Assembly (NCBI GenBank): GCA_049999805.1
Contig: JBNGIO010005880.1
Span: 45,391 to 109,390, forward strand
Source of the DNA: Folioceros fuciformis
Lineage: Eukaryota
Direction: 5' to 3'
Length of the DNA stretch: 64,000 nucleotides
Both the position numbers and the translations under genes were made by a program. The notes under the pieces were generated by a model. The model ran no database searches, was not told where the DNA came from, and saw only the letters and a program-made list of their open reading frames with translations. The number at the start of each line of letters is the position of its first letter. The first letter of the stretch is position 1. Shown in pieces: positions 50,579 to 62,286 of this stretch.

Positions 50579-53500
50579 TCAAGATCGTTGCCACCACTTG
50601 CTGAGGAAGCTCTTCTTTTTGTCTTCCTTCTTCAGCCGGGCTTCCAGAGATGGGAAATCGATTGCGCCGGCTGAAGTGTCCAGCACAATCGGGCGGCAAG
50701 GAACTGACTGGAATGGTGGAGGCACCTGGGCGATTCTCGGGAGCTCTTTTGTCCCAGCCCGGCCCACAGCAGATTCGTATGTATCTAGTCTGTCCATCAG
50801 ATACTGAACGTCCTCCTGCGAGCATCAGTTCAAATGCATAAGCACAGCAGGAACCGTAGCAAACGTGACTGCCTTGAGTGATTCAAGACCCACCTTGGTC
50901 GAAGGCTCATCTTCGATGGTTAATGTGGAGACTGCATTCTGAAGACCTTCAGTCAGCTTTGCGTTCTCTGCGATGCCTTTTGCATGAACGAGACACTTTT
51001 CGGCGCGGGCACGTTGTACTAGCTCCTTCAGTTCTTCAGACTGTGGCTGATAACAGGCCCATTGTCAGAATTTTGGCCAGTGCGGGTCTCAACAACCAGA
51101 GAAGTGGTTGAGAAGCTTACCGCATCTGTTGCACTGAACTGATGCAAGGCAGACACTGCATTTTCAATTGCCCGATTATAGAGCAGATAGGCTTCAGCGT
51201 GTTTTGAGCCCACGAGGTACGACTGGGCCAGGTAAAAGGATCTGCCAGTTTAAAACATTTGTAAGAACCAGAAACGACCTCAGCTACATGACACGACCCC
51301 AAGCCAACAAGCATATACCTCTCTGCTTGGAGGGATAGCAACTGAAAAGCCAGCTCTCTGCTGTACTGCAACTCCTCTGATCTTTTTTCCCGTCCCGATG
51401 TAATCAGATCTGACAAGTCTGTGACATTCTGCAAGGGAAAACAGGAGGTTTTAAGCATGTTGATAACATCCGAGTACACCGTGTACTATTGCACCACCAT
51501 CCCTTACTTGAATGAGCAAGTCACACAATCGGACAACATCCTCTGGCTTTGCAGGTTTTTCACCCCTTTCTTCTTGCAAACCCTGCCTCTGCCGGTTGAG
51601 GCGATTCTTTGCTCCAGAGATGAGCATCAGGTTGCGATTAATAGTCTGCTGCAAAAGGATGCTACCAACTGCCTTATCCAGGCCATTAAGCTGGTCTTTG
51701 ACATCATCTGCGTTTCCTGCCGTTACCTGTTTCAGAAAGCCACAAGAAATTAACCCTTCCAAGCCCATCTGTGCTTCGCCATGATCAGAGCTGGCCATGC
51801 CATCCACATTAGATTTCTATATCCTCCCAATTCCACACAAAATGGAGGAGAGGCTACAAACCAGATCCTCGCGAATATGACGCCTAGCATCTTGATACGC
51901 AATAAAAATCTTATCATATATTCCAAGCTTCTTGTCCACATGAAGTGAGGTCGGCGCCAACTCTTTCTCCAGCTCTTGGCCTGGTAAGAATCAACGGTAA
52001 AGACCTATGTCTGATGATCGGCAGATTCCTTGTCAGCCAGCCAAGGTTGAAAATACACCTTTCAAAATACAAACACCTTAGGTTGATAACATACCTTTCA
52101 GAATACAAACGCGAGTTTTTTGATTATTCACAGGATGCTTCCGCCCTAGCCACTCTAATTCTGTCATGGAAACAGCCTGCTGTGACCGTGCCTCCGCAAG
52201 TACAACCTGCAAGGAAAGACTACACGAAGCCAATGAGATGCTTTCAAACCATATTTGGCACGTCCTTGGAGTTTATCCACTTTCTGCAAACAAGCTCAGC
52301 ATCCAGCATCAAGTCGCTGAGCCAACTGCCACCCACCTCCAGTTTTGACTGCAAGAGCTCCAGTGCTGGGTTTTCCTCCATGCTTGGGTCTAGGATATCC
52401 GAACCCTGTACCTCGCTGTTGCCGAGTTTGTACAAGCAATACCGGATGATAGAGTTTAACTCTTCAACGCGTTGCCGGCATAAAACTTGCGTCTCAACGT
52501 CTCCATACGTCCCAAGCTTGTCATATACAGCCCTGCCAATCGACTGACTAATGAGCAGGACGATGCACAATCACGGCTAGCGGCAAGGACCACGAGCTTC
52601 AGAAAGTCAGCTACCACAAGTGGCAGTAAACAGGAGAACGAACTTTGCATTCTTAAACTTCATCGAGGCTTTCTCCCAGTCATCTTCACGCTCCAACAAC
52701 AGGTTTCCACGCATGTAAGAAGCATATGCCTGGGAGGATGCAGTCATACCACTAAGCGTTGATGCAAATTTTGGCTAGTACAACATCTGACAGTCAAACT
52801 TGGCTGTGGAACAAACCTCAGCTTCCAAACTGGTCCTTGAATCCGCCTTCATAGCACATAGTTGGGCAAACAAGTCACCCCACTTTGCTGCCTTGGACAG
52901 CCTTCGGATCAGATGGTATCTTTGGCGTGAATTTTTCTTCCCTGGCCGTTGCTTGATCTCCATGGCATACGCCCAAGCTCGTTCCGCAAGGTGGACAACC
53001 ATCTGAAGATGTCTGCTCAGGCATCCGTTGCAATCAGTCAGTGAAGCAACAGGCTTCCGTTACATTTCTCAGTGACTAAATCTCCCGTCAGCCTCGTGCA
53101 GCGGTCGGCACAACCAACGCTCCAACCTCCCAATACATGTAAATCAAAAGGCATCACAGCGTGCAGCGGCAGATCGAGACCTGACATCCGACACAATGGT
53201 CACCGTAATTGGCTTCTTCACATACTTGCCTCGCCCATGCAGAAACTTGAGAGACTTGTACAGCCTCAACAAGCGTGCAGTGCAATACTGCCTGCCAGGA
53301 GCAAACGTGTCAGCCTGTCAGCAGGCCCCCTCACACTCCCCCTTTCCCACCAGATTCCGCCATCAGCACCTACCTGTATCTCTTGTAGTCCACCTGCCGG
53401 AGCCCATGCTGTGCCTGCCCAGTTTTGATCAGCTGCAGAACTGCCACACAAGCGCAGGACATTCGATTCAGCCAGCCAGAATTCCGAGTCCAAGCAGTCC

Positions 53501-53651
53501 AGACTGCGCAGATCTCAGAAGCCCACAAACCATTGATTGAAAATCTCGGCCCCGGGGAGGAGCCCGCAGATACAGCAGCATCAGATTCCTCCGTGTCCAT
53601 GGAAACAGCCCCCGAGGCCCCATTGCGCACGGACGGCGCCTCCACGCCCAT
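50579..53651 (-). CDS. SRP68: Signal recognition particle subunit SRP68, multi-exon
   Basis: FSINVLQLIKTGQAQHGLRQVDYKRYRQYCTARLLRLYKSLKF, AERAWAYAME, RRLSKAAKW, IIRYCLY, PPPFQSVPCRPIVLD, FPSLEARL. Confidence 0.9.
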
Positions 53652-53998
53652 GCTTCGTGCTTGATTTGGCTACAAGGAGGAGCAGTGCTGAAACAGGACT
53701 CTCCGCATCCACGACATAACTTGTCCGATAACTCGTTAACCTTGTTAGCTCTGTTAGCTAACCCTAACATGCAATGTGACCTGATGAGAGTCTCAATTCC
53801 CTTTCGATTCCATGCATCACGTAGGACCAGGTGGGCTAATCGCACACCTTAGAAACTAATTATGTATTTAGCTTTTATTTAAAATGGTAGGCGTGATGGC
53901 GATGGCGGCTAACGAGTCCATGCCTCATGTTTGAATAGCCCACGAGGAGCATCGCTCAGACACAGGACTGGGTCTGGAATGGTGCTGTTCCGGCAAGC

Positions 53999-56968
53999 AT
54001 GGCCTTGTCCCACATCCACATGCCGCTTTCGGATGCTAATGCTCCAGTCTCCGGAGTCGTGAAGGCTGAAACCGTGAGAGGACTGTGTCAGCATCGGCGG
54101 CTCAGTGAGGCTGTTGAGGCTCTAGGAGTTCTGGTGCACACAGACTGTCATGTCTCCGCGTCTCTGCTCTACGCGGTGCTGAAGGGATGTGTGGGTAAGA
54201 GGGATCTGGCTCTGGGTCGCAGAGTTCATGCTCTTAGTGTGAAGAAGGGGTATGAGTCGGACACGTTCTTGTGCAACCACATCCTGCGGATGTATGCTTC
54301 TCAGGGCAGGTTGCAAGAGGCAATGGATGTGTTCACCACGGTTGCCAGGCCAGATGCCTTCACGTGGTCTGCCATAATTTCTGCACACGTTAGACATGGG
54401 CAGGATCGGCAGGCCTTGGAACTGTATGATCGGATGCGTAGGTCACGTGTGGCGCCAGATGGACATGTTTTCGTAGCAGCCCTGCAGGCTTGTGCGAGGG
54501 GAGCAGATTTGGAGTCCGGGCAGCAGGTTCATGCTGATGTGTTGACAAGTGGCCTTGAGCGTGACTTGTTTGTGCGAAATTGCTTGATTGACATGTACGC
54601 AAAATGTGGCAGCTTGAAGGACGCGCAGAGATTGTTCGTCGGGGTTGGGGACAGGGATGTAGTCACTTGGAATGCTATGATAGCAGGGTATTCCCAGCAG
54701 GGCATGGGGCCGAATGCCCTTCGTCTTTACACGGTTATGCGAGATGAAGGAATCGTGAAGCCGAATGCTGTGACGTTTGTGTGCCTCCTTCAGGCTTGTG
54801 CATGTGTGGGTGCACCGGCTTTGGAGGAGGGGAAGGAGCTTCATGCACGGATTAATGAACTAGGACTTCAGGCTGATGTGGTTGTGGCTGGGAGCCTTGT
54901 GAACATGTATGTGAAGTGTGGCAGCCTCGTGGATGCCCGGGGAGTGTTTGATGGATTGGGTCAGAAAAATGTGGTGACCTGGAGTACCATGATAGCAGGA
55001 TATTCTCAGCAAGGAATGGGGCAGGAGGCTCTGCAACTGCACGCCATTATGCAAGAAGAAGGCATTGCCGCCCCTGATTCTGGGACATTTGTTTGCCTTC
55101 TGCAGGCATGTGCAAGTGTGGGCACCCTGGCTTTGGAGATGGGAAAGAATCTTCATTCACAAATTAGAAAAGAAGGACATGAAACTGATGTGTTCGTTGG
55201 CAGCAGTTTGGTGAGCATGTATGCTAAGTGTGGCAGCCTGGAGGACGCCCAGAGGGTATTTGACGGACTCTGTCAAAAGGATGTCGTGACATGGAATGCC
55301 ATGATTTCAGGGTATTCACAACAGGGCATGGGCCAGGAAGCCCTTCGTCTTTACAGTATTATGCAAGGAGATAGCAAGGCCGTACCAAATTCTGTGACAT
55401 CTGCCTGCCTCCTTCAGGCATGTGCATGTGTGGGCAGCCCGGCGCTGGAGATGGGGAAGCAGCTGCACGCACACATTAAAGAACGGGGACAACAAGCCGA
55501 TCTTTTTGTAGCCAACAGTTTGGTAAACATGTATGCAAAGTGTGGCGGCATCGAGGATGCCCAGAGGCTGTTTGACGGGCTTGGTCAGAAAGACATCGTG
55601 ACATGGAACGCCATGATCGCAGGGTATTCCCAGCAGGGCATGGGCCAGGATGCGCTCCATCTATACAGTGTTATGCAGGAGGCACCTGGCATCGCTCTAC
55701 CTAATTCCATGACATTTGCGTGTCTCCTCCATGCATGTGCTAGTGTGGGGACGCCAGCTCTGGAGGAAGGGAGGCAGCTCCACTTCCAAATCAGAGAACG
55801 AAGACATGATTCCGATGTGTTTGTCGCCAATGGGTTGGTCAACATGTACGCAAAGTGTGGCAGCTTGGAAGATGCCGAGAAAGTGTTCGAGGAACTCGTT
55901 CAAAAGGACGTGGTGACATGGACTGCTCTCATTGCCGGATATTCCCAGCAAGGCATGGGCCAGGAAGCCCTTCGTTTGTACAGTGCTATGCAGGAGGATG
56001 GGAAGACGGTACCTGATTCCGTCACATTTGTATGCCTCCTGCAGGCATGTGCAAATGTTGCAGCTTTGCATTTGGGACGGCAGCTACACGCACAGATTGA
56101 AGAACAAGGGCTTCAAGCGGGTGCATTTGTAGCCCACAGTCTGATAAACATGTATGCCAAGTGTGGGAGCATGGTTGAAGCGCAGGAGGTGTTTGATGCA
56201 TTGCCCCGAAGAGATGCTGTAGCCTGGAATGGATTGATTGCAGGATACAGTGCACAAGGAGATAGTAAGGACGTCTTTGAGTCCGTTGTCAGGATGAGGG
56301 ACTGTGGTATACAGCCGGACAGTATAACGTTCCTTGGTATATTGATGGTATGCAGTCATACGGGTCAAGTGAACAAGGGGCAGGAGTACTTCGACGCCAT
56401 GAGCAGCCACTACGGCATCGCAGCCTCGGTGGAGCACTACACATGCATGGTTGATCTCCTGGGGCGCGCAGGTCGACTGAATGAGGCAAAAGCATTGATA
56501 AGTACAATGCCTGTACCTCCCAATGCTGTGGTTTGGCACACTCTGTTAGCAGCGTGTAGTAAGTGGAGCAATGTGGAGGTCGGACGCCATGCCTTTGATG
56601 AGTCGCTGAAGCTGGATGAAAAAGATGCTGCAGCGTATGTGTTGATGTCAAACATATACACCAGTGCCCAGATGGGGGAGCAGGCGCAGGAGATGCAGGC
56701 GAGGAGAAAAAGCATCCAGGCCTGGAAGCAGGCGGGTCAGAGCTGGTGGACGGACATGGACGGGACGGTGCATTATTTCCTGGTCGGGGTTAGGAAGAGT
56801 CCATCAAGGCTCAAACTCTTTCGTTGCAAATTGAATAATGCAGCATATCCTCAACGTCTTCCCTCTTTAGCATGTCACATCTTTGATGATATAAAGCAAT
56901 GCCATTTGCGTGGGCTCAGTCAAAAGCTGGCAGAAACGCATGCTCTAAACGACGCGGTCTCCCTATAA
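53999..56968 (+). CDS. PLS-class PPR protein with E domain, WW-type PG box and degenerate/truncated DYW domain
   Basis: Intronless 989-aa ORF of P-L-S triplets (NSLVNMYAKCGSLEDA, VVTWNAMIAGYSQQG), then HYTCMVDLLGRAG, WHTLLAACSKW and KQAGQSWWTD. Confidence 0.93.
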   Translation: MALSHIHMPLSDANAPVSGVVKAETVRGLCQHRRLSEAVEALGVLVHTDCHVSASLLYAVLKGCVGKRDLALGRRVHALSVKKGYESDTFLCNHILRMYASQGRLQEAMDVFTTVARPDAFTWSAIISAHVRHGQDRQALELYDRMRRSRVAPDGHVFVAALQACARGADLESGQQVHADVLTSGLERDLFVRNCLIDMYAKCGSLKDAQRLFVGVGDRDVVTWNAMIAGYSQQGMGPNALRLYTVMRDEGIVKPNAVTFVCLLQACACVGAPALEEGKELHARINELGLQADVVVAGSLVNMYVKCGSLVDARGVFDGLGQKNVVTWSTMIAGYSQQGMGQEALQLHAIMQEEGIAAPDSGTFVCLLQACASVGTLALEMGKNLHSQIRKEGHETDVFVGSSLVSMYAKCGSLEDAQRVFDGLCQKDVVTWNAMISGYSQQGMGQEALRLYSIMQGDSKAVPNSVTSACLLQACACVGSPALEMGKQLHAHIKERGQQADLFVANSLVNMYAKCGGIEDAQRLFDGLGQKDIVTWNAMIAGYSQQGMGQDALHLYSVMQEAPGIALPNSMTFACLLHACASVGTPALEEGRQLHFQIRERRHDSDVFVANGLVNMYAKCGSLEDAEKVFEELVQKDVVTWTALIAGYSQQGMGQEALRLYSAMQEDGKTVPDSVTFVCLLQACANVAALHLGRQLHAQIEEQGLQAGAFVAHSLINMYAKCGSMVEAQEVFDALPRRDAVAWNGLIAGYSAQGDSKDVFESVVRMRDCGIQPDSITFLGILMVCSHTGQVNKGQEYFDAMSSHYGIAASVEHYTCMVDLLGRAGRLNEAKALISTMPVPPNAVVWHTLLAACSKWSNVEVGRHAFDESLKLDEKDAAAYVLMSNIYTSAQMGEQAQEMQARRKSIQAWKQAGQSWWTDMDGTVHYFLVGVRKSPSRLKLFRCKLNNAAYPQRLPSLACHIFDDIKQCHLRGLSQKLAETHALNDAVSL

Positions 56969-57439
56969 ATTCAGGTCCGCCGGTTTGCAGGTTTCGAGAG
57001 TGTCATCGTGGACTTTCATGTCGAGGAATGACAATAGGAAAGCAATTCGGCCCTTCAAATCAAGAACAACCATCAGTCCTCAAGAACAACCATCGGTCCT
57101 CTCATGAGATGGCTGTAGGCATATCGAGTTCGCAGTTCGGCATATGATGCACTCTCAGCTTAGCAACCTACATTCTAACAAGCATTGCAGCTCTGAGCTT
57201 CTCCCTTCAGCGATTACTAAAAATGGCCAACATTTGAGGGGGCAGATTATTTGATGATGTAGAAGACCTCCACCTTCAAGACCGCCTGTACGACTATCAG
57301 ATGAGCTGATCTTTGCACAACAACATTGTGTAGGAAGCAGGGGCTGAACATGTCGATGCGAGATCCATCTCTCTTGAAACCTCGTCATCATAGCAATGTA
57401 TCGAATTTCACGTAGCGCCCTTGCATTTCATAGGCTCAG

Positions 57440-57800
57440 CGCTTGTTCCTACGGGCCACGTTCTCTTGGAGGTCAAGAGGTATTCTAGGAAGAGTTCCTG
57501 CTTATCTGAATTCCAGGGAGCACGCTTTGGCACGCAAGCAAGCCGTCAGCATCAGAACGCAAGCCCGTCCAAGCGGATCCCTGCCTGGAAACGGACCTTC
57601 CAGAAGGGTCAAGCCTGCAGAATACGAAAGGGTCGTAACAGCTGGAACTGTGAGAGAGCTGTGTCATGAGGGTCACCTTAGTGATGCTGTTGAGGCTTTG
57701 GGAGCTCTTGCGCAGACAGATGGTTGTCTCTCCTCATCTATCTTTCTCACAGTCTTGTCGGACTGTGATGTAAACAAGGACCTCGTGCTGGGTCGCCGAG
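57440..57800 (+). pseudogene. Truncated paralogue of the 5' end of the neighbouring PPR genes
   Basis: GILGRVPAY...YERVVTAGTVRELCHEGHLSDAVEALG...KDLVLGRRV parallels the N-terminus of the 58095 gene, then diverges and stops. Confidence 0.75.
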
Positions 57801-58094
57801 TCGCGTCGCGAACCAGGGGCAAACGTCGATGCAAACTTTCTTGAGCTCAACCCATCATTTTGTGGTTGGTGATTCGCAGTCTCACTGTCAGTGTGAAAGG
57901 ATTTGCATCCGGGTGGAGGCCGATCGCCTGCTCGGTTCACCGGGTCTGCTGCTCAGTTGGGAAGCCACGGACGGCCTCCGGAATGTCCCTGACGGCTCGC
58001 TCGAGCTTCTTCTGCAACATGACAATTCTTGGTTTTTCAGGCAGTTCTTTCAGACGGGTCCGTAGCTATTACATCCGGCGTGCTCCTGCGAGAC

Positions 58095-61000
58095 ATGCCT
58101 GTGCCGAGGTTGACAGGCATTCTAGGAAGATCTCCCGCTCGGTCAAGGTATCAATTGTTGGCATTCAACCAAGCCGCCAGGTCTGCAAAAATCCCAGCCC
58201 TTCCAAGCGGATGTCTGGCTGGAGACGGACTTTCCACCTGGCCGGGCTATCTTGAGCCTCACAAGACCTCAGGCTACGAAAGTGTCGTCACGGCTGAAGC
58301 TGTGCGCGAGCTATGTCATGAAGGCCAGTTCATTGAGGCTGTTGAATTATTGGGAATTTTGGTGCAGACAGACTGTTGTGTTTCGAGATCTCTGTTCTAC
58401 ACTATCCTGAAAAGATGTGTGGAAACTAAGGATCTCGTGGTGGGTCGCCGTATTCATGCTTTAGCGGTATACAATGGATATCAAACGGACACGTTCCTCT
58501 GCAACCACGTATTGAGGATGTATGCTTCTCATGGCAGACTGGGAGATGCGATGGATGTGTTCACCATGGTTTCCGAACCCGATTCTTACATGTGGTCCTC
58601 CATCATTTCTGCGAATGTAAAACATGGAGAAGCCAGACAGGTCACACAATTGTACAATCGGATGCGCAGGTCGAGTGTAAGGCCGGATGGGCATGTATTT
58701 GTGGCAGCCCTCCAGGCTTGTGCAAGGGGAGCAGACCTGAGAACTGGGAAGCAGGTGCATGCTGATTTGCTGGCCAGTGGGGTTGAGCCTGATTTGTTTG
58801 TCTGCAACGGGTTGGTGGACATGTATGCAAAGTGCGGTAGCTTGGAAGACGCTCAACGAGTGTTTGATGCACTCTGTGTTAAAGATGTTGTAACGTGGAG
58901 TACCATGATAGCTGGGTATTCTCAGCAAGGCATGGGAAAGGAAGCACTTGATCTGTACAGTATCATGCAAGAAGATGGCATGGCTGTGCCCAACTCGGTG
59001 ACATTTGTGTGCCTCTTGCAAGCATGTGCAAGGTTGGGGACAGCCGCGTTGGACAACGGGAGGCAGCTGCATGCGCAGATCAAAGAACGAGGTCACGAAG
59101 CTGATGTCTTTGTAGCAAACAGTTTGGTCAACATGTATGCCAAGTGTGGCAGCTTAGAGGATGCCCACAGCGTGTTTGATGAACTTGTTGGAAGAGATGT
59201 GGTGACTTGGAATGGCATGATAGCAGGGTATTCCCAACAGGGCATGGGGCAGGAAGCCCTTCATATGTACGGTGTTATGCAAGAAGAAGGCATATCTTTG
59301 CCCAATTCTGTGACATTTGTCTCTCTCTTGCAGGCCTGTGCAAGTTTGGGTACTGTAGCATTGGACAAGGGGAAGCATCTGCATGCACAGATAAAGGAAC
59401 TAGCACTTCAAGCTGATGTGGTTGTTGCAAGCAGTTTGGTGGATATGTATGGGAAGTGTGGCAGTCTAGAAGATGCTCGTGGCGTGTTTGACACCCTTGA
59501 TAACAAAAATGAGGTAGTGTGGAGTGCCATGATAGCAGGATATTTGCAGCAAGGCATGGGCCAGGAAGCCCTTCGTCTTGACATTGATATGGAAAAGGAG
59601 GGCATTATTGCAGCCGATCCTGTGACATTAGCATCCCTTCTGCAGGCTTGTGCCATTGTGGGTGCCCCAGCTTTGGAGAAGGGGAAGCAGCTTCATGCAC
59701 GGATTAGAGAACAAGGACTTGAGGCTAGTAACTCGTTAGCAAACAATTTGATCAACATGTATGCAAAGTGTGGCAGTCTAGAGGATGCTCAGAGCGTGTT
59801 TCAGGAACTTGGTGAAAAAGATGTGTTCACGTGGACTGCTCTAATTGCAGGATATTCCCAGCAGGGCATGGGGCGGGAAGCCCTCCGTCTCTACAGTCGT
59901 ATGCAACAGGCCAGCAACATTACCCCTGATCATGTGACATTTGTTTGCCTCCTGCAGGCCTGCGCAAATGTGGGCACCCCAGCTTTGGAGAAGGGAAAGG
60001 AGCTTCATGCACAAATTAGCCAACGAGGACATCAGGCAGTTGTGGTTATGGCCGACTGTTTGATAGACATGTACACGAAGTGTGGGAGCCTAGGGGATGC
60101 TCAGATGCTGTTTGACGGACTTGGTGAAAGGGATGTGAAGACATGGAATGCTATGATTTCTGGATACTCCCAGCAGGGCCTGGGCCAGGAAGCCCTTCAT
60201 CTCTACAATGCTATGCAAGAAGAAGGCATTGCGACACCCAGTCCCATTACTTATGTGTGCCTCCTGCAGGCGTGTGCAAGTGTTGGCAGCCCAGCTTTGG
60301 AGATGGGGAAGCAGCTGCATGTGCAAATCAGAGCACGTGGACATGAAGACGATTTGATTGTGGCAAACAGTTTGGTGAACATGTACGCAAAGTGTGGCAG
60401 CCTAGAGCATTCGGAGCGAGTGTTTTACGGACTTGGACAGAAGGATGTTGTGACATGGACTGCGCTAATTGCAGGATATTCCCAGCAGGGCAGGGGCCTG
60501 GACGCCCTTGGGCTTTACATTTCCATGCAAGAAGATGGCATGGCTGTACCCGACTCTGTAACATTTGTGTGCCTCTTGCAGGCGTGTGCTAGTGTGGGTG
60601 CCCCAGCCTTGGAGAAAGGGAAGCAGCTTCATTTACAAGCCAGAGAACGAGGCCTTGAAGGCAATACATTTGTCGCCAACAGCTTGGTAAACATGTATGC
60701 AAAGTGTGGCAACGTGGAGTGCGCCCAGAGAGTGTTCGATGGACTCAGTCATAAGGATGTGGTGACGTGGAATGCCATGATAGCAGGGTATTCCCAGCAG
60801 GGTATGGGCCACGAAGCCCTTCAACTGTACAGTGCTATGCGAGAACAGAGCATAGGTGGACCTGATTCCTTGACATTCGTCTCCCTCCTGCAGGCATGTG
60901 CAAATGTCGCAGCCTTGCATGTAGGACGGAAGCTACATGCACAGATTGAGGAACAAGGGCTTCAGGCTGATGCGTTCATAGCAGGCAGTTTGATAAACAT

Positions 61001-61718
61001 GTATGGGAAGTCCGGGAGCATGGTCGATGCACAGCAAGTGTTCGAGGCCCTGCCAGGCAGGGACGTTGTTGTCTGGAACGTGCTGTTTGCAGGGTACAGC
61101 AGCCAAGGAGACAGTGAAAAAGTCTTCGATTTGGTTCTCCGAATGTCAGAGGACGGAATACAGCCGAACGGCATCACCTTTCTCAGTATACTCGCAGCAT
61201 GCAGCCATGCAGGTCTTGTGGACAAAGGGCAGGACTACTTCGAGCACATGAGAACAAAACACGGCATTACCCCAACTCTACAACACTACACCTGCATGGT
61301 GGACCTTCTGGGCCGTGCAGGCCAACTGCACCAGGCTCTAGCATTGGTAAGCACGATGCCCACACTCCCAAGTTCCTCAATCTGGCACACTCTCCTGGCT
61401 GCCTGTCGAAAATGGAGCAACTTAGAGGTCGGTCAGCATGCCTTCGCCGAAGCAATCAAGCTAGACCAGAATGACGCAGCAGCATACACGCTGATGTCGA
61501 CCATATACTGTACTGCCCAGATGTGGAAACAGGCCCAGGACATGCAGTCCAGGAGAATCCAAATCAGGGCATGGAAGCAGCCCGGCCAGAGCTGGTGGAC
61601 AGACATGGCTGGACTGGTGCACAGTTTTCTGGTTGGAAATGAAAAACATCCCACGAGAAGAGCATTGTTGCTGCCCGGATGTGAGGAACAAGATGCTCCA
61701 CATGCAGTCACGGAATAG
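58095..61718 (+). CDS. PLS-class PPR protein with E domain and WW-type PG box, DYW domain truncated
   Basis: Intronless ORF 58029..61718 with first ATG at 58095. P-L-S triplets, E domain and KQPGQSWWTDMAGLVHSFLVG, followed by an early stop. Confidence 0.93.
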   Translation: MPVPRLTGILGRSPARSRYQLLAFNQAARSAKIPALPSGCLAGDGLSTWPGYLEPHKTSGYESVVTAEAVRELCHEGQFIEAVELLGILVQTDCCVSRSLFYTILKRCVETKDLVVGRRIHALAVYNGYQTDTFLCNHVLRMYASHGRLGDAMDVFTMVSEPDSYMWSSIISANVKHGEARQVTQLYNRMRRSSVRPDGHVFVAALQACARGADLRTGKQVHADLLASGVEPDLFVCNGLVDMYAKCGSLEDAQRVFDALCVKDVVTWSTMIAGYSQQGMGKEALDLYSIMQEDGMAVPNSVTFVCLLQACARLGTAALDNGRQLHAQIKERGHEADVFVANSLVNMYAKCGSLEDAHSVFDELVGRDVVTWNGMIAGYSQQGMGQEALHMYGVMQEEGISLPNSVTFVSLLQACASLGTVALDKGKHLHAQIKELALQADVVVASSLVDMYGKCGSLEDARGVFDTLDNKNEVVWSAMIAGYLQQGMGQEALRLDIDMEKEGIIAADPVTLASLLQACAIVGAPALEKGKQLHARIREQGLEASNSLANNLINMYAKCGSLEDAQSVFQELGEKDVFTWTALIAGYSQQGMGREALRLYSRMQQASNITPDHVTFVCLLQACANVGTPALEKGKELHAQISQRGHQAVVVMADCLIDMYTKCGSLGDAQMLFDGLGERDVKTWNAMISGYSQQGLGQEALHLYNAMQEEGIATPSPITYVCLLQACASVGSPALEMGKQLHVQIRARGHEDDLIVANSLVNMYAKCGSLEHSERVFYGLGQKDVVTWTALIAGYSQQGRGLDALGLYISMQEDGMAVPDSVTFVCLLQACASVGAPALEKGKQLHLQARERGLEGNTFVANSLVNMYAKCGNVECAQRVFDGLSHKDVVTWNAMIAGYSQQGMGHEALQLYSAMREQSIGGPDSLTFVSLLQACANVAALHVGRKLHAQIEEQGLQADAFIAGSLINMYGKSGSMVDAQQVFEALPGRDVVVWNVLFAGYSSQGDSEKVFDLVLRMSEDGIQPNGITFLSILAACSHAGLVDKGQDYFEHMRTKHGITPTLQHYTCMVDLLGRAGQLHQALALVSTMPTLPSSSIWHTLLAACRKWSNLEVGQHAFAEAIKLDQNDAAAYTLMSTIYCTAQMWKQAQDMQSRRIQIRAWKQPGQSWWTDMAGLVHSFLVGNEKHPTRRALLLPGCEEQDAPHAVTE

Positions 61719-62286
61719 ATGCTCCTCATGCAGTCAGGCAGTAGGTGCTCCCTCCACATGCAGTCACGTCACTAGATGCTCCACATCTTTGTCATGAAAG
61801 AAACAACTACCATTTGCGTGAGCAAAGCAACACGCTGGCCACCGCATGGTCTGCCTAAAAACCGCCCATGAATGATGACTACAGTCCCTCCTTTGAGGCA
61901 GCTTGTCAGGCCAATTGGACACTCCGAGTAGCTAGTCTCACTTGGCACGTAGCTCCGTTCTTGAGTACCAAGTTCCACACCGGAAAACAGTAATAGGCTA
62001 TGACTCGATTCGATATCATAAATTAACTACAAAAGAATTTCTATACACCAGCTTGGTCTATATTTGTCTACGACACCTGCTGTACTTCAACAACGTAAGT
62101 ACCGTGTATATTGCAGATGTGGGGCAAGTTCCAGCGAGTGAACTCGCATGGAGGGAATGGTGAGCGGATTTGATCGTTGACCGCGTTGTATGAATCTTGC
62201 ACGTCCCTTCATTGTTGCGCTGCTGGGGTGTGGACCCTTGAAATAATCCTGAAGACCTTGTGTGGAGCTGTCGGGTTTGGCGCATT

